This document shows positions 40,523-49,554 of a stretch of 64,000 bases of DNA, piece after piece. The position numbers and the translations under genes are program-made. The DNA lies in NCBI GenBank assembly GCA_021734995.1, contig JAIPHX010000005.1:4099-68098 (forward strand), given 5' to 3'. Below the pieces are notes generated by a model. The model did not search any database. It worked only from the letters and a program-made list of their open reading frames with translations, and had not been told where the DNA came from. The stretch is from Minisyncoccota bacterium (GTDB taxonomy: Bacteria; Patescibacteriota; Minisyncoccia; Phycocordibacterales; UBA9973). Position 1 is the stretch's first letter, and every line of letters starts with the position of its first letter.

Positions 40523-40556
40523 AGGAGCTAACATAAACGTTAGCTCCTTTTTTTTA
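40523..40556. terminator. Terminator after the ATP-grasp gene
   Basis: AAGGAGCTAAC...GTTAGCTCCTT followed by a T-run. Confidence 0.85.
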
Positions 40557-40596
40557 TAAAGTATTTTTATATTTCCGACAAAAATCGGATTAAGGG

Positions 40597-40669
40597 AGCC
40601 GGCACGAGGATTCGAACCCCGGACCTTCGCTTTACAAAAGCGTTGCTCTACCAACTGAGCTATGCCGGC
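40597..40669 (-). tRNA. tRNA-Thr(UGU)
   Basis: GCCGGCATAGCTCAGTTGGTAGAGC...TTTGTAA...GGTTCGAATCC...GCCGGCT; discriminator U; complete CCA not encoded. Confidence 0.97.
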
Positions 40670-40748
40670 ATATTTATTTCTATACAAAACTTCTAATATT
40701 CTAGCACAAAATTTATTTTTTGCGAGCCCATACTATTCCACCAAATTC

Positions 40749-41156
40749 TTACTCTTCTTTTGTTTTTCTACCTGCTCCTCGGATCTTTTTCTGATAATCT
40801 GAAATCATTTTTAAATATTTATTTACTTCTTGAGATTCATTTGTGTCTTTAGAAATATTTCCTTGAGATTTTAACAATTTCTCTTCTATCTTTTTAGCAA
40901 GTTCTAAACTTTTCTTTTTTAACAATTTAGAAAAATGAATATAGAAATGTAAAATTGTGAAAAGAGAAAGGTAGATGTATTTGCGGATATTTTGCTTGAT
41001 AGTTTTTTTAAAATTCTGAATATCATCAGTAAAAGGATTTTCAAAAATTTCCTCTTCTTTTAGGGAAGAATGTTTTCTTAGAAGGAATAGTTTTTGTCCC
41101 AACATTCCCATAATCCCCAATAAAGATATTATAAGTGTTGTTAAGGCGATATACAT
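40749..41156 (-). CDS. Hypothetical membrane protein
   Basis: N-terminal hydrophobic helix; starts 2 nt after the tsf stop. Confidence 0.75.
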   Translation of the reverse strand: MYIALTTLIISLLGIMGMLGQKLFLLRKHSSLKEEEIFENPFTDDIQNFKKTIKQNIRKYIYLSLFTILHFYIHFSKLLKKKSLELAKKIEEKLLKSQGNISKDTNESQEVNKYLKMISDYQKKIRGAGRKTKEE

Positions 41157-41158
41157 TG

Positions 41159-41929
41159 TTAGATTGTGGAACGTCTGATCTCTTTGATAGAAGCTTTATT
41201 TTTTTCTAAAAGAGATTTGATAGTTTCATCAGCGTTTTTTATAAAAGATTGGTCAAGTAATGTCTTTTCTTTAAAGTAAGTAGACATTTTACCTTGAAGC
41301 ATTTTTTGTTTGATATCTTCTGGTTTGTCTATATCTGCAACTTCTTTTTCAAAGATTTCTTTCATTTGTTTTTTGACCTCTTCGGTAATATCAGCTTCTG
41401 AAATGTATTCTGGACGCATTGCAGCTATGTGCATTGCTATATCTTTAGCTAGATCAGTATTTCCTCCATTTAAAGATACTACTACAGCGGATTTGTTGTT
41501 GTGAACATAGTTCCCAATAGTTTCGCCTGTTGTTTCAGAAATTTCGCCTAATTCTATCTTTTCGCCAGTTTTTTGGATAACAGGATCTATCATTGCTTTT
41601 GAAGATTCTTTCATTTTCTCAACACCTTCAGAAAGAGCTAAGTCTGCGAGCTTAGAAATTAAATTTGTGAAATCTTCATTTTTTGCTACGAAATCAGTTT
41701 CGCAATGTAAAGTAACTAATATTGTTTTATTCCCAGATGTTTTTACTACTACTGCTCCATCTTTTGCATCTCTATCAGCTTTTTTTGATGCTATATCAGA
41801 ACTATTCTTTTTAAGAATAGCAATAGCTTTTTCCATATCACCATCTGCCTCTTCTAATGCTTTTTTACATTGCATCACAGAGATGCCTGTCTTGTCTCTA
41901 AGTTCTTTTACTTGTTCTCCTGTAATCAT
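41159..41929 (-). CDS. tsf: Elongation factor Ts
   Basis: VKELRDKTG..MQCKKAL, CETDFVA, IAMHIAA. Confidence 0.98.
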   Translation of the reverse strand: MITGEQVKELRDKTGISVMQCKKALEEADGDMEKAIAILKKNSSDIASKKADRDAKDGAVVVKTSGNKTILVTLHCETDFVAKNEDFTNLISKLADLALSEGVEKMKESSKAMIDPVIQKTGEKIELGEISETTGETIGNYVHNNKSAVVVSLNGGNTDLAKDIAMHIAAMRPEYISEADITEEVKKQMKEIFEKEVADIDKPEDIKQKMLQGKMSTYFKEKTLLDQSFIKNADETIKSLLEKNKASIKEIRRSTI

Positions 41930-41986
41930 AATTTTAAATATAAATTATCGATAAAAATCGATAATTAAGGTTATTTATTAAATTTG

Positions 41987-42691
41987 TTATTTGGCTGAAG
42001 GAGAGGAGACACCTCTTTTGTATGCTTCAGACAATTCTTTGGTGAAAAATTTGATTGAAGGCACAGTAGCGTCATTTGCCAATACTGGATATGTTACATC
42101 CTTTATGTTTGAATCTGAATTTAGTAGAGCTACTATAGGTAAGCTAAAGCTATTTGCTTCAGTGGTAGCAATGTGTTCTTTTTTTGAATCAATAATGAAA
42201 AGTATATCTGGAATCTTTTTTACACCTACTAGACCGCTGTAATATCTAGAAAGTCTTTCCATTTTCTTTGCCATAACTGTCCTTTCTTTTTTTGTATATT
42301 TTTCTAAGTTACCTTCAGTAATGTCCTTGCGATAGTCTTCTAACTCAGTAATCCTTTTTTTGATTTCAGGGAAATTAGAGATTGTACCACCGATCCATCT
42401 TTCTATAACATAAGGCATTTCTAGAGATTCTGCTGTATTTTTTATCATTTCTCTAGCTTCTGGCTTGGTACCTACAAACAAGATGGTTTTTCCTTCTTGT
42501 CCTGCTTTCTCCATAAAATCTATTGCTTTTTGTAATAGAGTAGCTGTCTTCTCAAGATTGATAATATCTCCACTTTGTTTTGTAGTATATATATATGTAG
42601 ATGTGGAAGGGTGTCTACGAGACTTAGAATACCCATAATGAGCTCCAACTGCGAACATTTCTTCTATTGTTTTTGTTATATCTTTTTGCAT
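41987..42691 (-). CDS. rpsB: 30S ribosomal protein S2
   Basis: GAHYG, LFVGTK, RWIGGTISNF, PVLANDA; rpsB-tsf order. Confidence 0.97.
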   Translation of the reverse strand: MQKDITKTIEEMFAVGAHYGYSKSRRHPSTSTYIYTTKQSGDIINLEKTATLLQKAIDFMEKAGQEGKTILFVGTKPEAREMIKNTAESLEMPYVIERWIGGTISNFPEIKKRITELEDYRKDITEGNLEKYTKKERTVMAKKMERLSRYYSGLVGVKKIPDILFIIDSKKEHIATTEANSFSLPIVALLNSDSNIKDVTYPVLANDATVPSIKFFTKELSEAYKRGVSSPSAK

Positions 42692-42820
42692 ATTGTTTTA
42701 ATTTGATACCGAATTATTCTAGCAGAAAAAGCTTATATACGCAATAGTAGGGGTTTTGATTCTATTTTTGCTTTTGTGGTTTTTAAAAATTGGGAGATAT
42801 TGGTATAAATTGATACATCT

Positions 42821-42849
42821 TTGACCAAAGACCTTTTTTCAGTTAATAT
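42821..42849 (+). promoter_or_regulatory. proS promoter (probably leaderless)
   Basis: TTGACC-17 nt-TAATAT, 7 nt before ATG 42857. Confidence 0.6.
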
Positions 42850-42856
42850 GAATGAT

Positions 42857-44104
42857 ATGAGACAATCTAAACTTTTTACTAAAACAAGGAAAGAAGCTCC
42901 TGCTGACGAAATTGCAAAAAACGCTGAGCTTCTTACTCGTGCTGGTTTTATCAACAAGCAAATGGCGGGAGTGTATGCTTTGTTACCACTTGGTTTGAGA
43001 GTTATGAAAAAAATAGAAAACATTATAAGGGAAGAAATGAATACTATTGGAAGTCAGGAAATTTCTATGACTACATTACAAGATCCAGAAGTGTGGAAAA
43101 AAACAGACAGGTGGAGTGATGAAGCAGTAGATGTGTGGTTTAAAACGAAATTAAAAAATGACACAGAGCTTGGACTTGGTTGTACTCACGAAGAGCCGAT
43201 TACAAAAATGCTTACAGAACATTTGAGTTCTTACAGAGATTTACCTTTTTCTGTTTATCAGATACAGACAAAATTTCGCAATGAGCCAAGAGCAAAAAGT
43301 GGTATATTGCGAGGTAGAGAATTTTTAATGAAAGATATGTATTCTTTTTGTTCAGATGAAGATAGTCATAATGAATTTTATGAAAAATCAAAAATTGCTT
43401 ATAAAAATGTCTTTCAAAGATTGGGAATAGGGCACCTTACTTATATTACTTTTGCTTCAGGTGGAATGTTTTCAAAATATTCTCATGAATTTCAGACTAT
43501 TTGTCCTGTGGGAGAAGATACTATTTATCTAGATGAAGAAAAAGGAATAGCGGTAAACAAAGAAGTTTTTGATGATGAGGTTTTAAGTTCTCTTGGTTTA
43601 GATAAATCAAAAATGGTAGAGCATAAAGCTATAGAAGTAGGAAATATCTTTACTTTGGGTAAAAAGTATTCTGAGCCATTGGGCTTAACATTTAAAAATG
43701 AAAGTAGCGAAGATTTGTCTGTATTTATGGGGTGTTATGGTATTGGTATTGGTCGTCTTATGGGAACCGTAGTAGAAGCTCTTTCAGATGATAAAGGTAT
43801 CATATGGCCAGAATCCATTGCTCCATTTAAGTTTCATTTACTCGCTTTAGGAGAATCAGAAAATGTAAAAAAAGAAGCCAATTCTCTGTATGATTTGTTA
43901 CTTAGCAAAGGAGTTGAAGTTTTTTTTGATGACAGAGAAGCGATGTCTGCTGGGGAAAAATTTGCAGATTCAGATTTGATCGGTATTCCTTATAGGATAG
44001 TCGTGTCAGAGAGAAGCTTGAAAGAAGGAGGTTTTGAACTTAAAAAACGAACAGAAGAAAAAGGAAAAATTGTATCACAAGAAGAGTTATTAAAAATTAT
44101 TTAA
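42857..44104 (+). CDS. proS: Proline-tRNA ligase, short form without the INS editing domain
   Basis: MRQSKLF, THEE, QTKFRNEPR..GILRGREFLMKDMYS, IEVGNIF, MGCYGIG. Confidence 0.96.
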   Translation: MRQSKLFTKTRKEAPADEIAKNAELLTRAGFINKQMAGVYALLPLGLRVMKKIENIIREEMNTIGSQEISMTTLQDPEVWKKTDRWSDEAVDVWFKTKLKNDTELGLGCTHEEPITKMLTEHLSSYRDLPFSVYQIQTKFRNEPRAKSGILRGREFLMKDMYSFCSDEDSHNEFYEKSKIAYKNVFQRLGIGHLTYITFASGGMFSKYSHEFQTICPVGEDTIYLDEEKGIAVNKEVFDDEVLSSLGLDKSKMVEHKAIEVGNIFTLGKKYSEPLGLTFKNESSEDLSVFMGCYGIGIGRLMGTVVEALSDDKGIIWPESIAPFKFHLLALGESENVKKEANSLYDLLLSKGVEVFFDDREAMSAGEKFADSDLIGIPYRIVVSERSLKEGGFELKKRTEEKGKIVSQEELLKII

Positions 44105-44105
44105 A

Positions 44106-45152
44106 ATGTTAGAAAAATTTTACAGATATATTTCAAATGATATTGGGATAGACCTAGGGACTTCAAATACTCTAGTCTATTTAAAAGGTCATGGTATCGT
44201 AATCAACGAACCTTCTGTAGTGGCGGTAAACATTAAGACCAATCAAATACTTGCAGTGGGGGAAAAAGCAAAAGAAATGCTTGGGCGCACTCCAGGACAT
44301 ATCAAAGCTGTCCGTCCACTTGTGGATGGGGTTATCTCTGATTTTGAAGTTACTGAAGAGATGCTTTCATATTTGATCAATAAAGCAGACAAGATGTATA
44401 AAAAATTAGGTAGACCAAGAGTAGTAGTAGGGGTACCTTCTGGTATTACCAATGTAGAGACGAGAGCAGTGTACGATGCTTCTCGTTCCGCCGGAGCTCG
44501 TGAAGTATATTTGGTAGAAGAACCAATGGCAGCAGCGATTGGTATTCGTCTTCCTATCAAAGATCCTGTTGGTTCTATGATTATTGATATTGGTGGGGGG
44601 ACTACTGATATTGCTGTTATTAGCTTGGGTGGAATTGTAAAATCAAAAAACTTAAAAATTGCAGGGGATAGATTGAATAACGATATTATCAGTTTTATGC
44701 GAGATGAATTTAAGATCTTAATAGGAGAGACTACAGCAGAATATGTAAAAATGTCTATTGGTTCGGTTGTGCCTGGAAATTATATGGAAACAGAAGTTAG
44801 GGGAAGAGATTTGCTTACTGGGTTACCTAGAGAAGTAGCGGTGACTGATTCTGATATTAGAGAAGCTATTTTGCCAGCTGTTAGGGAATTGATTGATGGA
44901 GTAAAAGATGTTTTAGAAAATACTCCACCAGAAGTGCTTTCAGATATTATGCGTGATGGTATTACATTGTCTGGAGGAGGAGCATTGCTCGTGGGACTCT
45001 CTGAACTTTTGGAAAGAGTATTAAGAATTCCAATCTACGTAGTAGAAGATCCTCTTTCTGCAGTAGCTCGTGGGGCAGGTATCATATTGGATGATTTAGA
45101 TACTTATAAAGAGGTTTTAATTAGTACTCAAAATGACTTACCACCTAGATAA
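44106..45152 (+). CDS. mreB: Rod shape-determining protein MreB
   Basis: IGIDLGTSNT, NEPSVVA, EEPMAAAIG, DIGGGTTD. Confidence 0.97.
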   Translation: MLEKFYRYISNDIGIDLGTSNTLVYLKGHGIVINEPSVVAVNIKTNQILAVGEKAKEMLGRTPGHIKAVRPLVDGVISDFEVTEEMLSYLINKADKMYKKLGRPRVVVGVPSGITNVETRAVYDASRSAGAREVYLVEEPMAAAIGIRLPIKDPVGSMIIDIGGGTTDIAVISLGGIVKSKNLKIAGDRLNNDIISFMRDEFKILIGETTAEYVKMSIGSVVPGNYMETEVRGRDLLTGLPREVAVTDSDIREAILPAVRELIDGVKDVLENTPPEVLSDIMRDGITLSGGGALLVGLSELLERVLRIPIYVVEDPLSAVARGAGIILDDLDTYKEVLISTQNDLPPR

Positions 45153-45987
45153 AAAAAATAAAACAAAAAAAATAAAAATAATTTCTACTGTTTTGATTGG
45201 GACCGCATTTTTTGTATATTTTAGAAGCCCAATTTTTAACTTTTTTTCTTCTACCTTTGAATTTATTTTTGTACCAGTAGTGAATACTGTAAATTTTATA
45301 GGAGCAAAAGTGTATCATATGGGAACAGGTTTTCGTTTTAAGGACTCTTTGCTTAAAGAAAATACAAATTTAAAAAATACTATTTTTGAGTTTGAATCAA
45401 GAATGCAAAATTATGCTGTTTTGGAAAAAGAAAATGAAGAATTGAAAAGTATTTTCAGTAGAAAAAATGAAAAATTAAACTTGATTTTAGCTTCAGTTCT
45501 TGCTAAGCCTAGACAATCTATCTATGGCACATTGATTATTGATGTTGGAGAAGATGAGCATATAAAAGAAGGAGCAATGGTTTTTGCTAATGGAAATATC
45601 CCAATTGGTAAAATTTCAAATGTTGGACCTAAAATGTCAAAAGTTGTTTTATTTTCAAATAATGGAGAAACTAACGAAGTTGTTGTTTCTGTAAACAAAA
45701 GTCCCAAAACAATAGAAATTGAAAGTGAAGAAACAGAAAAAGATATTTCTGCTAGTATTCATTTCAATCTAGTAGGAAGAGGTGGTGGTAATTTTCAAAT
45801 AGAAGCTCCTAGGGATTTGAAATTTGAAAAAGGACAAATAGCTATTCTTCCAGGGATTTATCCTTTTGCTGTAGCAAAAGTCGAAGCTGTTATTTCTGAT
45901 CAAAAAGATATTGTTCAAAAAGTTTTATTGGTCTCTCCAATCAATATTCAAGAAATACGATTTGTGCAAGTATCTTCTAGTTTTTGA
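45133..45987 (+). CDS. mreC: Rod shape-determining protein MreC
   Basis: TM plus coiled coil (LEKENEELK) plus IIDVG...GKI beta domain; follows mreB. Confidence 0.88.
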   Translation: MTYHLDKKNKTKKIKIISTVLIGTAFFVYFRSPIFNFFSSTFEFIFVPVVNTVNFIGAKVYHMGTGFRFKDSLLKENTNLKNTIFEFESRMQNYAVLEKENEELKSIFSRKNEKLNLILASVLAKPRQSIYGTLIIDVGEDEHIKEGAMVFANGNIPIGKISNVGPKMSKVVLFSNNGETNEVVVSVNKSPKTIEIESEETEKDISASIHFNLVGRGGGNFQIEAPRDLKFEKGQIAILPGIYPFAVAKVEAVISDQKDIVQKVLLVSPINIQEIRFVQVSSSF

Positions 45988-46018
45988 TTTTTAAAATAAG
46001 ATTGTGTAATCTAAAAAA

Positions 46019-47221
46019 GTGAGTTTTAAAATAGAAAAAAAAATAAAAAATAGTTTGGGAAGAGCTGGACTTTTAGAGACTGCTCATGGAGTTATTAGAA
46101 CCCCAGCTTTTTCGCCTGTGGGAACAAAGGCAACTGTAAAATCTTTAACACCAGAGGCAGTGCAGTCTCTTGGATCAAAGGTTGTGCTTGCAAATACTTA
46201 CCATTTATATCTTCAGCCGGGGTCTGATTTAATAAAAAAAGCAGGCGGACTACATAATTTTATGAATTGGCATGGACCGATTATTACTGATTCGGGAGGT
46301 TTCCAAGTATTTTCTCTGGGTGTCGCCTATGGAAAAGATTTATCAAAAGTTGTAAAAATCACCGACCCCTCTCTTATGATTCCAGAGAGATTTGATGATG
46401 ACAATGCTCCACGTTTAGCAAAAATAGGACAAGATGGGGTTTCTTTTAAATCACATCTTGATGGGTCAGTGCATTATATTACTCCAGAAAAATCAGTTGA
46501 GATACAGCATGATCTTGGAGCTGACATAATTTTTGCTTTTGATGAGTGCACTTCTCCTTCTGAAGATTTAAAATACCAAGAAGAGGCGTTGGAACGAACA
46601 CATAGTTGGGCAAAGAGATCTTTGGAAGAGCATTTAAAAAGAAGAAATACAGAACAAAAATTCCCTTTGTTATTTGGTATTGTTCAAGGAGGGAGAGATG
46701 AGAGATTACGTAAAAAATCTGCCGAATTTATCGGTGGTCTTGATTTTGATGGTTTTGGAATTGGAGGATCTTTTGCCAAAGAAGATATGTCTAGCGCTGT
46801 AAAATGGGTAAATGAAGTATTGCCAGAAGAAAAACCAAGGCATTTGCTAGGGATAGGAGAGCCAGAAGATATTTTGGAGGGAATAGAAAATGGAGTGGAT
46901 TTATTTGATTGTGTTGCTCCTACTAGAAATGCTAGAAATGGCACTTTGTATACCAAGAAAGGAAAAATAAATATTACAAATACGGGTTATCGCGAAAAGT
47001 TTAGTCCGATAGAAGAAGATTGTCTTTGCTATACTTGTCGGCATTATTCTTCTGCTTATGTGTGCCACTTGTTTAAAAGTAAAGAAATGCTTGCAGGGAC
47101 TTTGGCAACAATCCATAATCTGTATTTTATTATAAATCTAGTAGCAGGAGCTAGAGAAGCAATCTTGGCAGACAATTTTTTTGAGTTTAAAGAAGGATTT
47201 TTGGCTAAATGGGGAAAATAA
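46019..47221 (+). CDS. tgt: tRNA-guanine transglycosylase
   Basis: ANTYHL, TDSGGFQVFSL, FDEC, GIVQGG, DLFDCVAPTR, CLCYTC...HN. Confidence 0.97.
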   Translation: MSFKIEKKIKNSLGRAGLLETAHGVIRTPAFSPVGTKATVKSLTPEAVQSLGSKVVLANTYHLYLQPGSDLIKKAGGLHNFMNWHGPIITDSGGFQVFSLGVAYGKDLSKVVKITDPSLMIPERFDDDNAPRLAKIGQDGVSFKSHLDGSVHYITPEKSVEIQHDLGADIIFAFDECTSPSEDLKYQEEALERTHSWAKRSLEEHLKRRNTEQKFPLLFGIVQGGRDERLRKKSAEFIGGLDFDGFGIGGSFAKEDMSSAVKWVNEVLPEEKPRHLLGIGEPEDILEGIENGVDLFDCVAPTRNARNGTLYTKKGKINITNTGYREKFSPIEEDCLCYTCRHYSSAYVCHLFKSKEMLAGTLATIHNLYFIINLVAGAREAILADNFFEFKEGFLAKWGK

Positions 47222-47331
47222 TTATTTGATTTTTGAATTATATTAAATAAACTCTTTTGTATTAAAACCCTTTACATTTCACTTCAAGTTGCTATACTTT
47301 TCTTCGTTACTCTAAATTAGAAAAAATAAAA

Positions 47332-48711
47332 ATGCACAAGAACGCGAGGGTTTCCAAGAAACTTTGGAAGCTCGGAATGAAAGAATATAATACTCAATAT
47401 TTTGACTTCAATAAAGATGGCGATTTGATTGCGAAAGAGGGTAATAATGTATATAACATTCGTTACTTAGCTGAAAAATTTGGTACTTCACTTGAAATTC
47501 TTTTTCCGTATATTTTAGAAGAAAGAGTGGAGGATTTGATTGACCTAGCTTCTTCTTTGATCAAAAAACTTAAATATCAAGGGAAATTTTATTATCATTT
47601 TCCTATGAAATCCAACCAGACCAAAGAAGTGGTAATGGCAATGGTGGGAGAAGGGGCCAACATTGAGACCGCTTCTTACAATGAACTTTCTTTGGTGCGT
47701 AAAATGCTAGAGCAAGAATCTTTTAATCAAAAAATGCGTATTTTGTGTAATGGACCAAAAACTGATAAATATATAAACTTGATTGATGAACTTCAGCACA
47801 GAGGACTTAAAGTAATCCCTATTATAGAGGGGCCAAACGAACTTAAAAATTTTCAGTATTCTCGTTATGATGTTGGTATTCGTCTTGATATGCCTGTAAA
47901 GACTAATTCTAGTTGGAATAAAAAGATAGACAGGTTTGGCTTTACTAAAGAAGAAATATTAAAAATGCCTCCATTTAAGAATTTAAAAGTTTTGCATTAT
48001 CGTATGGGGGCAAAGTTTGATAAACCAGCAGATGTTCTAGCTACCACCAAATATGCTTTAAATGTATATTTTGAATTAAAAGCAAAAAACCCTTCTTTGG
48101 ACAGTATCGACATTGGCGGGGGTATGCCTATTCCATATGAAAGAGACAAAAAATATCAAGCTGATAAAATATTGGAAAGAATTTTTGAACTTTTAAAAAA
48201 AGAATCTGAGAAGAGAGGTGTTCCACACCCAAATCTTGTTTGTGAATGGGGTAGATATATAGTAGCACCTGCGCAGGTTACGATTTATAAGGTAATAGAT
48301 ACAAAAAATATTACTCATAAAAATATTCCTGCTAAAAAATGGTACGTAGTGGATGGTAGTTTTATGAATGATTTGATAGATACATGGTCTATTGACCAAA
48401 AGTGGGCAGTGGCTCCTGTAAATAATAAATATGATGAAAAAATTACAGATGTATGGTTGTCTGGCTCTAGTTGTGACTCTGATGATATTTATACAGGGGT
48501 AGAGAGCTCTGTATCACTACCTGATTATAATTTTAATGAAAATGAACCTTTTTATATTGTATTTTTTGACACAGGAGCATATCAAGACGCTCTAGCTTCT
48601 AGTCACTGTCTATTGTCTTCTCCATTAAAGATTGTAGTAGAAAATGGACACATAGTAGTAGCTCGCAAAAGAGCATCTCCTGATGATATGGGAAAAGAGT
48701 TTGGGTGGTAG
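47332..48711 (+). CDS. PLP-dependent group IV decarboxylase, most like a short arginine decarboxylase (SpeA-like)
   Basis: FPMKSNQ (PLP Lys), CNGPK, DIGGG, EWGRY, CDSDD, GAYQD. Confidence 0.8.
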   Translation: MHKNARVSKKLWKLGMKEYNTQYFDFNKDGDLIAKEGNNVYNIRYLAEKFGTSLEILFPYILEERVEDLIDLASSLIKKLKYQGKFYYHFPMKSNQTKEVVMAMVGEGANIETASYNELSLVRKMLEQESFNQKMRILCNGPKTDKYINLIDELQHRGLKVIPIIEGPNELKNFQYSRYDVGIRLDMPVKTNSSWNKKIDRFGFTKEEILKMPPFKNLKVLHYRMGAKFDKPADVLATTKYALNVYFELKAKNPSLDSIDIGGGMPIPYERDKKYQADKILERIFELLKKESEKRGVPHPNLVCEWGRYIVAPAQVTIYKVIDTKNITHKNIPAKKWYVVDGSFMNDLIDTWSIDQKWAVAPVNNKYDEKITDVWLSGSSCDSDDIYTGVESSVSLPDYNFNENEPFYIVFFDTGAYQDALASSHCLLSSPLKIVVENGHIVVARKRASPDDMGKEFGW

Positions 48712-48854
48712 TTTAATTAAAAACTATAAATCTAAAATAGTTTATTGAAAGCTATAAAATATTAAAAGAAATTAGGAAGGATTTTGTCTTCTAAAATGTT
48801 TTGGCTTCTAAAACAAAAGATGTATAATATATATGTAATTTTATTTTAATTTAT

Positions 48855-49433
48855 ATGCACTATTCAAAAGGTTCAATTGGAAATATTATAGTTTTAATAA
48901 TGGGTTTTCTAGTCGTAGCAGCTATTTGGGATTCTTTTGAAGGGAAAAATTCGCCAACCAATGAAGATCCATTAAAAAATGAATATTTAGCAGAAAAAAA
49001 CAAAGAATTTCCTCAGAAAAGTGGGGATAATGTTACAGAAAAAACTACTTTTGTAAATCAAAGAGGGTTTTTTCATTCAGCTAATATTAAGCTTAAAAAC
49101 AAAGTATTAAATGTTAAAATTGCTGATACTTATGAAAAAAGAGCCCAAGGCCTTTCAGGTGTTTCTAGAATGTCTGAATCCATTGGTATGCTTTTTATAT
49201 TTGATACACTAGATAAACATGGTTTTTGGATGAAAGATATGAATATTTCGATAGATATTATATGGTTTGATGAGTACTTTAGGATTGTGCATATAAAAGA
49301 AAGAGCTTCACCACATTCTTTTCCAGAAGTTTTTTCTCCAAATACAAGTGCAAAGTATGTTTTAGAGACAGTATCTGGTTTTTCTCAAAAAAACAATTTA
49401 AAACTTGGAGATAAATTTCAATTTGTACCTTAA
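48855..49433 (+). CDS. DUF192 domain protein with N-terminal TM
   Basis: ADT..RAQGLS, GMLFIF, FWMKDM..IDIIW, YVLE. Confidence 0.92.
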   Translation: MHYSKGSIGNIIVLIMGFLVVAAIWDSFEGKNSPTNEDPLKNEYLAEKNKEFPQKSGDNVTEKTTFVNQRGFFHSANIKLKNKVLNVKIADTYEKRAQGLSGVSRMSESIGMLFIFDTLDKHGFWMKDMNISIDIIWFDEYFRIVHIKERASPHSFPEVFSPNTSAKYVLETVSGFSQKNNLKLGDKFQFVP

Positions 49434-49554
49434 AATGTCCTTTAAAGAAAGGATGTTAGACGGTCACTATTTACAGCTTGCTTTAATTGTTTTCTGCTTT
49501 GAAAAAAGTGTTTTCCACTAGGCGAAAATATTTTTTTTGGTGTAAAATGTATCT

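Noticed and set aside
38417-40596. Integrative element at tRNA-Thr
   Set aside because: No integrase and no duplicated tRNA 3' end found; only the position is suggestive.
40490-40687. 65-aa minus-strand ORF
   Set aside because: It is a translation of tRNA-Thr.
41943-41966. AATTATCGAT/ATCGATAATT inverted repeat between rpsB and tsf
   Set aside because: Short and AT-rich with no clear U-tract; function cannot be supported.
49460-49530. Possible NrdR boxes upstream of nrdJ
   Set aside because: Only weak partial matches (CACTATTTACAG); no convincing tandem palindromes.
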